Notes: generated by a model from the sequence alone, not told the origin. A stretch of DNA of 64,000 nt from an uncultured Balneolaceae bacterium (GCA_965659005.1 CBFHVG010000052.1:33423-97422), one strand, 5' to 3'. Shown: positions 9,875 through 19,992, numbered from the stretch's first letter. Translations and numbers: made by a program.

Positions 9875-11035
9875 TTAGGCAACAGTGAACATTCTATTCA
9901 GGATCACGTCAAGTTTTTCAACTAGATAGTCAATTTCTTCTATAGTATTCTTCTTTCCGAAGCTAATTCTAATACTTGATTTAGCCCGGCCTTCTTCCAC
10001 CCCAATTCCGGTAAGTACATGAGATGGTTCAACCGCTCCTGAAGTACAAGCTGATCCATTCGACACACAAATCCCTTCAATATCCAGATTCAGAATTAGC
10101 ATCTCACCATCTACTCCATTTCCATCTGAATCAACAAATGAAATGTTATTTATATGTGGAACACCTTCAGCTCTGCAGCCGTTAAAAATGGCGCGGTTTC
10201 CATAGATGTTTTCAAGTCTCTCAAACAGATGCTTTCTTAGTTTGTTGAATAGGGCAGTATTCTCTTCCATTTCAACTATAGCCAGTTCAAGAGCTTTCGC
10301 GAAACCTACAATTCCTGGCACATTAAGAGTTCCGCCTCGTCTACGTCTTTCTTGAGAACCACCCTGCATCCATGGCATCCAAACAGACCCGTTTCTACAG
10401 TAGAGCATGCCAACTCCCTTGGGCCCATAAAATTTATGAGCACTTGCTGAAAGTAAATCGACACCCAGATCATGTAAATCGATTGGGATTTTACCTATGG
10501 ATTGAACTGCATCTGTATGCATCGGAATATTTTTAGACCGACATAACTCAGCTATTTCTTTAATTGGGTTAACTACACCAATTTCATTATTTACATGCAT
10601 CAATGAAACCATGGCCGTTTTTTCATTAATTGTACTTTCAACAGCCTCAGTTGAGATTAAACCTTCATTATCGACTGGGAGGTAATTAGGCTTAAAACCC
10701 TTCAGTTTACTGAACTCAATTGGGTGTAGTATAGCATGATGCTCAAGTTCACTAGAAATGATTTCAGTTTTCCCATTGGCTAAGGCTAATACTCCCTGTA
10801 TAGCTGCATTATCGCTTTCAGTGCCACCACTTGTAAATATAATTTCCGAAGGTTCAGCATTTAAAAGCTGGGCAACATTCTCTCTGGCTTTTTCCACAGC
10901 CACTTTAGCTTGCTGGCCAAGGTGGTGGGGAGAGTTTGCATTACCAAAATCATTTTTTAAAAAAGGGAGCATTTCTTGCAGAACGCGATCGTCAAGCGGA
11001 GTCGTTGCTGCGTTATCGAAGTAAACTGTTTTCAT
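9875..11035 (-). CDS. cysteine desulfurase (NifS/IscS family)
   Basis: Starts MKTVYFDNAATTP; SASAHKFYGPKG (PLP lysine); active-site SNGSACTSG. The ORF is open to 11077, but Met15 (11035) matches the family N-terminus. Confidence 0.9.
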   Translation of the reverse strand: MKTVYFDNAATTPLDDRVLQEMLPFLKNDFGNANSPHHLGQQAKVAVEKARENVAQLLNAEPSEIIFTSGGTESDNAAIQGVLALANGKTEIISSELEHHAILHPIEFSKLKGFKPNYLPVDNEGLISTEAVESTINEKTAMVSLMHVNNEIGVVNPIKEIAELCRSKNIPMHTDAVQSIGKIPIDLHDLGVDLLSASAHKFYGPKGVGMLYCRNGSVWMPWMQGGSQERRRRGGTLNVPGIVGFAKALELAIVEMEENTALFNKLRKHLFERLENIYGNRAIFNGCRAEGVPHINNISFVDSDGNGVDGEMLILNLDIEGICVSNGSACTSGAVEPSHVLTGIGVEEGRAKSSIRISFGKKNTIEEIDYLVEKLDVILNRMFTVA

Positions 11036-11109
11036 TAAGCTATTCACTAGGTTGATTAAGCTCATAAAAATATTCATTAATCAGAAGAAAAGCAGAGCTT
11101 ATTGGACAT

Positions 11110-11140
11110 AAAAAAACCACTTCCTTGGGAAAGTGGGTTT
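11110..11140 (-). terminator. rho-independent terminator downstream of the CTD relic
   Basis: Minus strand reads CCACTTtcccaaggAAGTGG followed by TTTTTTT. Confidence 0.6.
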
Positions 11141-11157
11141 GAGATTAATTGAGATTA

Positions 11158-11373
11158 CTATTTCACCAGCATCAATTTTCGAGTATGGGTACTATTTTCT
11201 GTTTTAAGCTGGTAAATATAAATACCACTACTCATAGCCGATGCATCCCATGTTAGGGTATGTAAACCGGACTGGAACATTCCATCTGCAAGAGTTACGA
11301 CTCTTTGGCCCAGGATTTTATATAACTCCCGTTTTAGGTAAGCGGTTATCAGCAGCAATCTTAATCGAAAACT
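11158..11373 (-). pseudogene. relic 3' end of a T9SS cargo gene (C-terminal sorting domain only)
   Basis: Translation ...LYKILGQRVVTLADGMFQSGLHTLTWDASAMSSGIYIYQLKTENSTHTRKLMLVK* matches the distal strands of the type A Por secretion tail. There is no ATG (TTG only), an in-frame stop lies 5 codons upstream, and there is no cargo body. Confidence 0.7.
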
Positions 11374-11400
11374 TTATATTAATTTCACTGCTAATCTTTT

Positions 11401-11427
11401 AATTCAGTTTATATATTAAACTGAATT
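11401..11427. repeat. perfect 11-bp inverted repeat (AATTCAGTTTA-tatat-TAAACTGAATT) between the CTD relic and pgk
   Basis: Read directly from the sequence, 58 nt upstream of the pgk ATG. Confidence 0.6.
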
Positions 11428-11484
11428 TATATAGCTGAAATGTAATAAATTCTTATCCCTTTGTATCCAATTATTTAGACCAAT

Positions 11485-12678
11485 ATGGCAAAACTCACTC
11501 TTCAAGATATTGACCCCTCAGGAAAGCGCGTAATGATGCGTTGCGACTTTAACGTACCATTGAAAGATGGTGTAATAACTGATGATAATCGCATTGTTCA
11601 AGCAATGCCTTCAATTAAGTATGTAATAAGTAAAAATGGTTTGTTGATTCTAACGAGTCACTTAGGCCGCCCTGCAAATGAGCCGGATCCGACGTTTTCA
11701 TTAAAACCTGTTGCGGATTATTTGTCTGAGCATTTGGATGCTAAGGTTCACTTTGCTTCAGATTGTATTGGTGATGAAGTAGATGCCATTATTGAGAATG
11801 CAGAATATGGTGAAGTAGTTCTTCTTGAGAACGTCCGATTCCATCCAGGAGAAAAGAAAAATGATCCCGATTTCAGTAAAGCATTATCAAAGCATGCTGA
11901 AATCTTTGTCAATGATGCATTCGGCTCTTCACACAGAGCACATTCTTCTGTTGCAGGAGTAACGGAATTTGTACAACCTGCAGTTTCAGGCTTCCTTCTT
12001 GAGAAAGAAATTAAATATCTGGAAGAAAGTGTCAATAATCCGGTTCGCCCGTTTGTAGCTATACTTGGCGGTGCAAAGGTATCTGACAAAATAGGGGTAA
12101 TCGATAATCTTTTAAGTAAGGTTGATACTATCATTATTGGTGGTGGGATGACATACACTTTCTATGCAGCTAAGGGTCTTCCAATCGGAAATTCATTGCT
12201 TGAGGAAGATAAAATTGAGCTGGCAAAAGAATTGCTGGATAAAGCCCGTGAAACCGGAGTTGAAATAATGCTCCCAATTGATTCTGTGATCTCTAAGGAA
12301 TTCAGTAATGATGCCGAAAATCGAGTTGTGAGTGAGTATGGTATTGAAGATGGCTGGATGGCTTTGGATATTGGCCCAAAATCTAGAGGCTTATTTGCAG
12401 GTGAAGTATTAAACGCAAAAACAGTGGTTTGGAATGGTCCGATGGGAGTTTTTGAAATGCCAAACTATGCTCAGGGTACCTTTGCTGTGGCTGAAGCTTT
12501 AGCAGAGGCCACTTCAAATGGAGCAACTACCATTATAGGCGGAGGTGATTCAGCAGCGGCTATCAAGAAGGCTGGTTTAAGTGAGAAAGTATCTCATGTT
12601 TCTACCGGTGGCGGTGCCAGCCTCGAATATTTGGAAGGCAAAGTATTGCCTGGTGTAGCCGCACTCACAGATAAGTAG
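11485..12678 (+). CDS. pgk: phosphoglycerate kinase
   Basis: 397 aa, full-length PGK signature ([37 protein letters not shown]). Confidence 0.97.
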   Translation: MAKLTLQDIDPSGKRVMMRCDFNVPLKDGVITDDNRIVQAMPSIKYVISKNGLLILTSHLGRPANEPDPTFSLKPVADYLSEHLDAKVHFASDCIGDEVDAIIENAEYGEVVLLENVRFHPGEKKNDPDFSKALSKHAEIFVNDAFGSSHRAHSSVAGVTEFVQPAVSGFLLEKEIKYLEESVNNPVRPFVAILGGAKVSDKIGVIDNLLSKVDTIIIGGGMTYTFYAAKGLPIGNSLLEEDKIELAKELLDKARETGVEIMLPIDSVISKEFSNDAENRVVSEYGIEDGWMALDIGPKSRGLFAGEVLNAKTVVWNGPMGVFEMPNYAQGTFAVAEALAEATSNGATTIIGGGDSAAAIKKAGLSEKVSHVSTGGGASLEYLEGKVLPGVAALTDK

Positions 12679-13868
12679 CATAAAAAAAGGGTTGGTGCAT
12701 GCACTAACCCTTTTTGTTTTGGAGTATACAATAGCCGATGTATTAATCTACCGTTGTTAGTTGGTAGGGTACCAAACGTAATTTCCATTTCTCTTAGAAA
12801 ACCAAGATATAGCTCAATCGGGCTCTTGATGCGCGCACCATAGAATGAAGTGTCAAAGAAATGAGTACTTGAGAGTAGTTTTGCTATAGTAGGGGCAATT
12901 TCAAAATTCTGTTGAACGAAGTAATCAGAAAGTTCCTGAATTATCTGATTGTTTGGCTCAGCACTAACGAAATAGGTGTAAAGTTTTTTACAGATGAACC
13001 AGGCAACGTCATCGGGTTTTGTGTTGAAAATCAAATCAACAACCCCATTTAAATCGAAGTTATCAGTGACTCCAAAAATTGTCTTGTTGCCATTGTAGAA
13101 AGAGTCGCTATCAAAGAAGGCAGTAAAGTTTGAATTATTCACTCTCCACCCTGTACATGATGCGGCAACATGTTGAATATCGCCATAGGGTGCATCGTTG
13201 CTATCGGTGTAGTTAGGATTGCCGTTTTTATCCAGAATACCAAGGGTGAATAATTCCAGAAGTTCTCGTCCAAAATCCTGATTAGCTTGAGTAAAATCTG
13301 AACCTATATTACTTCCATCATTGATATAGCCATTTAAATAGTAAAGCATGGCTGTGTTCACGCTTATATCATTAACAAAATCCTTAAAGTTGCCGAATGA
13401 TGAAGAATGCAAAAGCTTGTAGTAGTTATTCATATGATTGGCATAACTACTATTTGCCTTACCTGATACTGAGTTGTACCCAACTACAAAATGATTACTC
13501 CAAAAAAGCATCATTTTTTCAAGCAAACCGCCATTAAACATGCGATCCATCCAATTCAATTGTAAATCATAAAAATCAAGAATATCACCGGATGGGCCAT
13601 TTTTTGCCCAAGCTGGATCATCAGGTAGGGGTTCTGTACTCGCTCTTGAAATTAGTTCTGTAACTGCTTCTTCTGCATAATTGAATGATCGTACAAAATT
13701 CAGATCATTGACTTTATTACCAAAATGAGTTCTTCGAACTAAATGCGCGGCTTGTTCCTTACCCCAGGTTCCGGCGTATGGTTCTAAACCACCGGGTGGA
13801 GATGGAAAAGCTGACGTTTCTTTGCTATGAATACGAAAGGGAGAAATCCTTAATTTACTCTCGTCCAT
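12594..13868 (-). CDS. DUF1800 family protein, apparently 3'-truncated (possible pseudogene)
   Basis: 424 aa. Family landmarks [51 protein letters not shown]. The last ~45 codons read through the pgk terminator and 85 nt antisense into pgk. Confidence 0.65.
   Translation of the reverse strand: MDESKLRISPFRIHSKETSAFPSPPGGLEPYAGTWGKEQAAHLVRRTHFGNKVNDLNFVRSFNYAEEAVTELISRASTEPLPDDPAWAKNGPSGDILDFYDLQLNWMDRMFNGGLLEKMMLFWSNHFVVGYNSVSGKANSSYANHMNNYYKLLHSSSFGNFKDFVNDISVNTAMLYYLNGYINDGSNIGSDFTQANQDFGRELLELFTLGILDKNGNPNYTDSNDAPYGDIQHVAASCTGWRVNNSNFTAFFDSDSFYNGNKTIFGVTDNFDLNGVVDLIFNTKPDDVAWFICKKLYTYFVSAEPNNQIIQELSDYFVQQNFEIAPTIAKLLSSTHFFDTSFYGARIKSPIELYLGFLREMEITFGTLPTNNGRLIHRLLYTPKQKGLVHAPTLFLCYLSVSAATPGNTLPSKYSRLAPPPVET
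12682..12720. terminator. pgk rho-independent terminator (A-tract / hairpin / T-tract)
   Basis: AAAAAAAGGGTTGGTGCATGCACTAACCCTTTTTGTTTT, a GC-rich stem with one G-U pair, flanked by A and T runs. Confidence 0.8.
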
Positions 13869-14149
13869 AAATCCCTTGTTGTTGTGTTGATTATTATCTG
13901 TGTTTAAGAGAGAGTCATCCCTGATGTTGTTACATGTATCTCTTAATGATTGGTTTTATCTCAAAAAGTTTAAGCGGTTCCGAACTATAACATTTGTAAA
14001 CTAAACCGTTTCATTCCAATGGTTTAGTTAAAAATCCCCTCTAGACATTAGATTATTTTTAAGAATTAATTAATAAATATTGAACCTAAGAGAGATTCGA
14101 TTACTATTTCGGTTAGTAATTCCTGATATTCAAACTTTGTAAGGAAGCC

Positions 14150-14189
14150 GTTTACCAATTGTCTTTAGTGTATAAGCTAATTGGTAAAC
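14150..14189. promoter_or_regulatory. perfect 11-bp inverted repeat in the ssb leader
   Basis: GTTTACCAATT-(18 nt)-AATTGGTAAAC, ending 21 nt before the ssb ATG. Confidence 0.45.
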
Positions 14190-14210
14190 TGAAATACATA
14201 AGGAACACAT

Positions 14211-14669
14211 ATGAGCACGCTAAATAAAGCAATGTTAATCGGGAGACTAGGCCAGGATCCTGAAGTAAGATATACACAAAGTAATACGGCCGTAGCAACA
14301 CTAAGCGTAGCAACGAACGAACGGTTTAAAGACAGTAATGGTGAGTGGAAAGAACGCACTGAATGGCATAGAGTTGTAGCTTGGGGAAGATTAGCTGAAA
14401 TCTGTCAGCAGTATTTGCAAAAAGGGTCCCAGGTTTTTATTGAAGGACCGATCCAAACTCGCGAATGGGAAGATCGTGAAGGGCAAAAGCGATATACTAC
14501 TGAAATTAAAGCCCTAACTCTTACAATGCTTGACAGCAGAGGTAATTCACAGGGTTCAACAATGGGTGGTGGAACACCATCTGCAGCAACTAAAGCTGCT
14601 GAACCTGGCACATCCAAGATCGAATTGGATTCTAAATTCGATGATATGGATGATGATTTGCCATTCTAG
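14211..14669 (+). CDS. ssb: single-stranded DNA-binding protein
   Basis: 152 aa. OB-fold N-terminus ([19 protein letters not shown]), Gly/Ser-rich linker, acidic tip DDDLPF. Confidence 0.97.
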   Translation: MSTLNKAMLIGRLGQDPEVRYTQSNTAVATLSVATNERFKDSNGEWKERTEWHRVVAWGRLAEICQQYLQKGSQVFIEGPIQTREWEDREGQKRYTTEIKALTLTMLDSRGNSQGSTMGGGTPSAATKAAEPGTSKIELDSKFDDMDDDLPF

Positions 14670-14692
14670 TTTATATTTAGATCATTTTAAAG

Positions 14693-14725
14693 GCGATACG
14701 GGCACATGTTTGTATCGCTTTTTTT
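14693..14725 (+). terminator. ssb rho-independent terminator
   Basis: GCGATACgggcacatgtttGTATCGC followed by TTTTTTT. Confidence 0.75.
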
Positions 14726-14779
14726 ATTTTAGGTGTATCTAATCGATATTCCTGAATCACATCAACTTATCTGACCTTA

Positions 14780-16150
14780 TTGGATACCTTTAACGACCCT
14801 GTTGGGTTTTATTCATTCATTTACACTTTTATTGACGCACTAGCTGCTGGTGATATTAATCCGGTGTATATAGGTATTCAGATTTTCATTCTATTAATAG
14901 GATTAATTTTCTCTGCTGTTTTTTCAGGATCTGAGGTCGCATTCTTTTCAATTGCAAATTCTCCGGAATTATTAAATGAAAAAGAGAATGCCTACGACAA
15001 GTACATAGCAAAAATGTTGGATAAGCCCAGAAGGCTACTGGCTACAATATTAATAGGTAATACATTCTCAAATATCGTTGCATCTGTAATCGCAGCATTT
15101 GTGACCGGTAATTTAGCAGCTCATTACGGTTTTCCTGATGTTGCAGTTTATACTATAGAAATTGTAGTACTAACATTCGTGATTCTCATACTCAGTGAAA
15201 TCACTCCCAAGATTATAGCAATTAATGATCCTCTGAAAGTAAGTCGACGTTATGCTTTGTTGATTCATTTTTTCTATGTGATTTTTGCCCCATTCTCAAG
15301 GCTAATTGCTGCCAGTACAATCAATCTTGAAAAGTACTTACCCAAACCACAGAATAAAATTTCCACTGAAGATATCATTGCTATCACAGAAGTTGGTGAG
15401 AAAGACGGTACCATTCATGAAGATGAAAGAGAGATCATTGAGAATGTAATTGAATTTGGTAATACAGCTGCCAGAGAGATTATGACTTCAAGGGTAAATA
15501 TGGTGGCTCTTTCTGTAGAATCTTCATTACTGGATGTAATAAGTATCATTCAGGAAAAGGGGTACTCAAGAATGCCAATGTATGAAGGTGACCTAGATAC
15601 CATTATTGGAATTGTTTATGCAAAAGATATCCTTCCATTTATTGGGGTAGAGAATAAAAATAAACCGCTAAACTGGAAAAAGGTTACCAGAAAAGTGTTG
15701 TTTATACCTGCAGGCAAAAAGGTTGATGACCTACTAAGAGATTTCCAGATTGAAAAAACCCATATCGCCATAGTCGTTGATGAGTATGGAGGTACTGAAG
15801 GAATGGTAACAATGGATGATATTCTTGAAGAAATTATAGGTGATATGGCTGATGAAACAGGTGAGGGGGAAACAAAACAGTACCGAAAGTTTAATAATGG
15901 TATATACATATTTGACGCCCAGATTGATCTTGATGATATGGAAGAGATAATTGACCTGGAAATAACTTCTGAAGACGATGAATTTGAATCTCTAGGTGGT
16001 TTAATCTATCACCTCAAAGAAGATTTGCCTACAGTAGGTGAGCGAACTACCTATAAAGGTCTTGAACTTACTGTACAGTCAGTTGAAAATAATAGAATTA
16101 AGAAGGTCAGGGTAAAATTACTCGAAGAAAAAGAAAACGAGAATAAGTAG
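14780..16150 (+). CDS. gldE: CNNM(DUF21)-CBS-CorC/HlyC family membrane protein, GldE-like
   Basis: 456 aa. N-terminal 4-TM DUF21, a CBS pair, and a C-terminal CorC_HlyC domain. The position directly after ssb matches the ssb-gldE arrangement described in Flavobacterium johnsoniae. TTG start is uncertain. Confidence 0.7.
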   Translation: MDTFNDPVGFYSFIYTFIDALAAGDINPVYIGIQIFILLIGLIFSAVFSGSEVAFFSIANSPELLNEKENAYDKYIAKMLDKPRRLLATILIGNTFSNIVASVIAAFVTGNLAAHYGFPDVAVYTIEIVVLTFVILILSEITPKIIAINDPLKVSRRYALLIHFFYVIFAPFSRLIAASTINLEKYLPKPQNKISTEDIIAITEVGEKDGTIHEDEREIIENVIEFGNTAAREIMTSRVNMVALSVESSLLDVISIIQEKGYSRMPMYEGDLDTIIGIVYAKDILPFIGVENKNKPLNWKKVTRKVLFIPAGKKVDDLLRDFQIEKTHIAIVVDEYGGTEGMVTMDDILEEIIGDMADETGEGETKQYRKFNNGIYIFDAQIDLDDMEEIIDLEITSEDDEFESLGGLIYHLKEDLPTVGERTTYKGLELTVQSVENNRIKKVRVKLLEEKENENK

Positions 16151-16154
16151 ACTT

Positions 16155-17183
16155 ATGACCAACCTGCAACGAAATGTGAGTTTGTTGCCATTCAACACAA
16201 TGCATGTTGAAGCATATGCAAATGCTTTCGCTGATATTCATTCAGTGATGGATCTCCAAAACCTGCTTAAGCTATCTGATATTCAGGCTATGAATAAACT
16301 TGTGCTTGGTGGGGGCAGCAATATCCTTTTAACTATGCCTTATGAAGGAATAGTTTTTAAAAACTCAATTGAAGGTTTTTCTGTAATTAAAGAAAATGAT
16401 GATGAAATATTCATTGACCTTGGTGGTGGCGAAAACTGGCATGATGTTGTTATGCGATGTGTAAATAAGGGATATCACGGGATTGAAAATCTTGCACTTA
16501 TTCCAGGTACGGTTGGCGCCGCTCCCATTCAAAATATCGGGGCCTATGGAGTTGAGCTAAAGGATGTATTCCACTCTTTGGAGGCCGTCAATCTTGAAAC
16601 AGGTGAAATTGAAAAATTTAATCACGAGGAATGCCTCTTTGACTATCGGGATAGTATATTCAAGAATGAACTAAGAGGTCTGTATTTCATTTCAAGTGTC
16701 ACTCTCAAGTTGAGTAAAAAAAGTGAATTAAATCTCTCCTATAATGCATTATCTGAGTATTTACATGAAAAGGGTATTGATAAGCCTAATGTTAAAGATG
16801 TAGCTAATGCAGTGATCGCTATAAGGAATTCAAAATTGCCTGATCCTGATGAACTTCCTAACTGCGGTTCCTTTTTTAAAAACCCAATTATTACAAAGGG
16901 TCTGTTTGAAGAATTACAAAGTGAATACCCAAATATCCCAAGTTATACCGTAGATGAAGAATTCGTAAAAGTACCTGCTGGATGGTTAATTGAGAAGGCT
17001 GGGTGGAAAGGTAAACGGGTTGATGAGGTCGGTACTTATAAAAATCAAGCACTTGTCATAGTTAACTATGGTGAAAGAAATGGATTAAAAGTCCTTGAAT
17101 TTGCATCAATGGTTATGGAAGCAGTACTACAGAAGTTTAACATTGATCTCGAGATGGAAGTCAATATTTTAGGTTGGGAATAA
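16155..17183 (+). CDS. murB: UDP-N-acetylenolpyruvoylglucosamine reductase
   Basis: 342 aa. FAD-binding LGGGSNIL, GIENLALIPGTVGAAPIQNIGAYG, C-terminal GSFFKNP. Confidence 0.95.
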   Translation: MTNLQRNVSLLPFNTMHVEAYANAFADIHSVMDLQNLLKLSDIQAMNKLVLGGGSNILLTMPYEGIVFKNSIEGFSVIKENDDEIFIDLGGGENWHDVVMRCVNKGYHGIENLALIPGTVGAAPIQNIGAYGVELKDVFHSLEAVNLETGEIEKFNHEECLFDYRDSIFKNELRGLYFISSVTLKLSKKSELNLSYNALSEYLHEKGIDKPNVKDVANAVIAIRNSKLPDPDELPNCGSFFKNPIITKGLFEELQSEYPNIPSYTVDEEFVKVPAGWLIEKAGWKGKRVDEVGTYKNQALVIVNYGERNGLKVLEFASMVMEAVLQKFNIDLEMEVNILGWE

Positions 17184-17192
17184 GAAATAAAC

Positions 17193-18686
17193 ATGTATTT
17201 AAGAATGAAGCAATTCACCCTGTTAATTCTGTTAGTTGTGCTGTTTGCACCTTCATGTGTAACACTTGAAAAGAGCCCTGTATCCGGGAAAAAAAGAGTG
17301 TATGGATACTCCTGGGATAAAGAAGTAGAGATTGGTAAAGAAGCCGACCAACAGATTATTGCTGAATATGGAATCTATGACGATGAGCAACTAACCAACT
17401 ATGTTGAAGAACTTGGTCAGGAGCTGCTGGCTGTCAGTCATATGAGAAGAGAAAATACTCCAAGTAACTTCAAAAACACACCATTTACCTTCAGAGTGCT
17501 CGATAGTCCTGTTGTTAATGCTTTTGCACTTCCTGGAGGTTATGTATATGTAACAAGAGGTTTGCTTGGGCATCTGGAAAATGAAGCTCAACTGGCAGTG
17601 GTTCTTGGTCACGAAATAGGTCATGTGGCAGCAAGACATGCTTCTCAACGGGCTGCAGAACAACAGCTCGGTCAAATTGCAATTATAGGTGGGGCCGTTG
17701 TTGGTCAGGGTCTGGGTTATGATGGGGCCAGTTTAATGGAGTTGAGTGGTCAGGCAGCACAGCTACTTTTCCTTTCATATAGTCGAGACGATGAACGTGA
17801 ATCAGACGAGCTTGGTGTTGAATATAGCGCACGTGTAGGTTTTGATGCCGCAGAAGGAGGTATGTTCTTCACATCACTAAAAAGGATATCTGCAAAGTCA
17901 GGATTCGATATTCCATCTCACCTTTCCTCACACCCCGATCCGGGAGAAAGGGAAAAAAACATTCCAAGAATGGCTGAGGATTGGGAACAACAAGGTTTTG
18001 AACAATCAGAGAAGAATAAAGAAACATTTTACTCAATGATTGACGGTATTATGTATGGTGAAAATCCCAGAAATGGCTATGTAGAAAATGACACCTATTA
18101 CCATCCGGATCTGACTTTTGAATTCGGTGTTCCAACCGGATTCGCAGTAGCCAATCAGCCACACCAAGTTGTTTTATATAATGAAGCACAGGACGTTATA
18201 ACTATATTTAATATCGACGCTGAACATGCATCTGCAGAGAGTAGTGTAAAAGCTTTTGTTAGTCAGGAAGGTATTTCAACTGATAGTGAGACATCAATAA
18301 TGGCTAATGGTTTTCAAGGTTATCAAAGTGAAGCAACACTTTCTTCTGATAATGGAAAACTTAAACTCCTGGTTTCAGCAGTTGAGTTTAAAGGAAATGT
18401 TTATCGGTTTATTAGTTATACATCAGAAGAAAAATTCGATAACTATAAATCAGTTTTTGCCCTTTTACCTGACTCTTTCAATGAAGTTGTTGACCAGAAT
18501 GTATTGAATGTTCAACCTGCTAGACTTGAACAGATCAAGGTTGAACAAAATGCTATTTTCAAAGACTTACTTCCTGAAAAACTTCCTCTGAATATTGAGG
18601 CCATTGATGTAGCAATCCTAAATCAGGTAGAATTAGACGATACAATAGAACAAGGACGAATAATAAAAATCCCTGTCCAAAATTAA
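17193..18686 (+). CDS. M48 family metallopeptidase (lipoprotein)
   Basis: 497 aa. Signal/lipobox FAPSC, zinc motif HEIGHVAARH, downstream E...D ligands. Confidence 0.85.
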   Translation: MYLRMKQFTLLILLVVLFAPSCVTLEKSPVSGKKRVYGYSWDKEVEIGKEADQQIIAEYGIYDDEQLTNYVEELGQELLAVSHMRRENTPSNFKNTPFTFRVLDSPVVNAFALPGGYVYVTRGLLGHLENEAQLAVVLGHEIGHVAARHASQRAAEQQLGQIAIIGGAVVGQGLGYDGASLMELSGQAAQLLFLSYSRDDERESDELGVEYSARVGFDAAEGGMFFTSLKRISAKSGFDIPSHLSSHPDPGEREKNIPRMAEDWEQQGFEQSEKNKETFYSMIDGIMYGENPRNGYVENDTYYHPDLTFEFGVPTGFAVANQPHQVVLYNEAQDVITIFNIDAEHASAESSVKAFVSQEGISTDSETSIMANGFQGYQSEATLSSDNGKLKLLVSAVEFKGNVYRFISYTSEEKFDNYKSVFALLPDSFNEVVDQNVLNVQPARLEQIKVEQNAIFKDLLPEKLPLNIEAIDVAILNQVELDDTIEQGRIIKIPVQN

Positions 18687-18692
18687 TTAACA

Positions 18693-19985
18693 ATGATTAG
18701 TAGATACTCCCGAAAAGAAATGTCCGATATTTGGACTGAAGAAAATCAATTCCAGGCATGGCTTGATGTAGAATTAGCAGCCTGTTGGGCTTGGTCCAAA
18801 CTTGGCAAAATCCCTTCAGAAGATGTCGATAAACTTTATGAAAAAGCCACATTTTCTGTTGATCGTATAAAAGAAATTGAAGAACAAACACGTCATGATG
18901 TTGTTGCTTTCACACGTGCAGTTTCTGAATCCTTGGGTGATGAAAAGAAATGGGTTCACTTCGGCTTAACTTCTACTGATGTTGTGGATACAGCATGGGG
19001 TGTGAGACTTAAACAAGCCAATGCCATTCTACTCTCTGATCTTGAAAGGATGATTAGTGTGCTTGCCGAAAAAGCCAGAAAGCACAAGAATACCATCATG
19101 ATGGGAAGAACGCATGGTATTCATGCAGAACCTACAACCTTTGGTTTAAAGTGTGCCCTATGGTATGCTGAAATGAATCGTAATCTGGAAAGATTTAAAA
19201 AAGCTGCTGCTGATGTTGAGTTTGGTAAGCTATCTGGATCTGTAGGTACTTTTGCTAATATTCCACCGGAAGTTGAAGAGTATACATGCGAGAAATTAGG
19301 ACTAACAGCCGCTCCAATTTCAACACAGACCCTTCAAAGAGACCGCCATGCACACTATCTGTCAACTTTAGCACTGATTGGATCAACACTAGAGAAAATG
19401 GCTGTAGAAGTTCGCCATTTACAACGTTCAGAAGTAAGAGAAGCTGAGGAAGCCTTTAGAAAAGGGCAGAAGGGTTCTTCATCAATGCCTCACAAAAGAA
19501 ACCCAATCAGCTCAGAAAATATCTCTGGATGTGCACGAGTGCTAAGAGGGTATATGGTAACTGCTTTTGAAAATATTCCATTATGGCATGAGCGTGATAT
19601 TTCTCATTCATCAGCAGAAAGAATCATCCTGCCTGATGCAACAATCTTGTTGGACTATATGCTAAGCCGCTTTGCTAATGTGATGGAAAACCTGGTGGTT
19701 TTTGAAGACAATATGGAAGCAAATATTTGGAAAACTCAGGGTCTTGTATTTTCTCAGAGAATCTTGAATAAACTGATTGATAAAGGCCTTGTTCGTGAAG
19801 AGGCTTATGATTCTGTTCAACCCTTGGCAATGAAGGCATGGCAGGAACAAATAATGTTTAAGCCACTTGTAGAAGCGGATCCTGTTATCACTTCACATCT
19901 AAGTCAGTCAGAGATAGATGATGCTTTCGATCTGGTTCATCACACTTCACAAGTAGATACTATTTTTAAAAGAGTTGGATTGTGA
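18693..19985 (+). CDS. purB: adenylosuccinate lyase
   Basis: 430 aa. [35 protein letters not shown] signature. Confidence 0.97.
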   Translation: MISRYSRKEMSDIWTEENQFQAWLDVELAACWAWSKLGKIPSEDVDKLYEKATFSVDRIKEIEEQTRHDVVAFTRAVSESLGDEKKWVHFGLTSTDVVDTAWGVRLKQANAILLSDLERMISVLAEKARKHKNTIMMGRTHGIHAEPTTFGLKCALWYAEMNRNLERFKKAAADVEFGKLSGSVGTFANIPPEVEEYTCEKLGLTAAPISTQTLQRDRHAHYLSTLALIGSTLEKMAVEVRHLQRSEVREAEEAFRKGQKGSSSMPHKRNPISSENISGCARVLRGYMVTAFENIPLWHERDISHSSAERIILPDATILLDYMLSRFANVMENLVVFEDNMEANIWKTQGLVFSQRILNKLIDKGLVREEAYDSVQPLAMKAWQEQIMFKPLVEADPVITSHLSQSEIDDAFDLVHHTSQVDTIFKRVGL

Positions 19986-19992
19986 TCTAATA

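Noticed and set aside
11748-12158. 136-aa minus-strand ORF inside pgk
   Set aside because: Antisense shadow of a highly conserved gene; no recognisable domain. The same applies to 54283-54708 (in cysS), 45282-45629 (in sprA), 37368-37694 (in the cysteine synthase gene), 34296-34607 (across menD/menF) and 10758-11024 (in the desulfurase gene).
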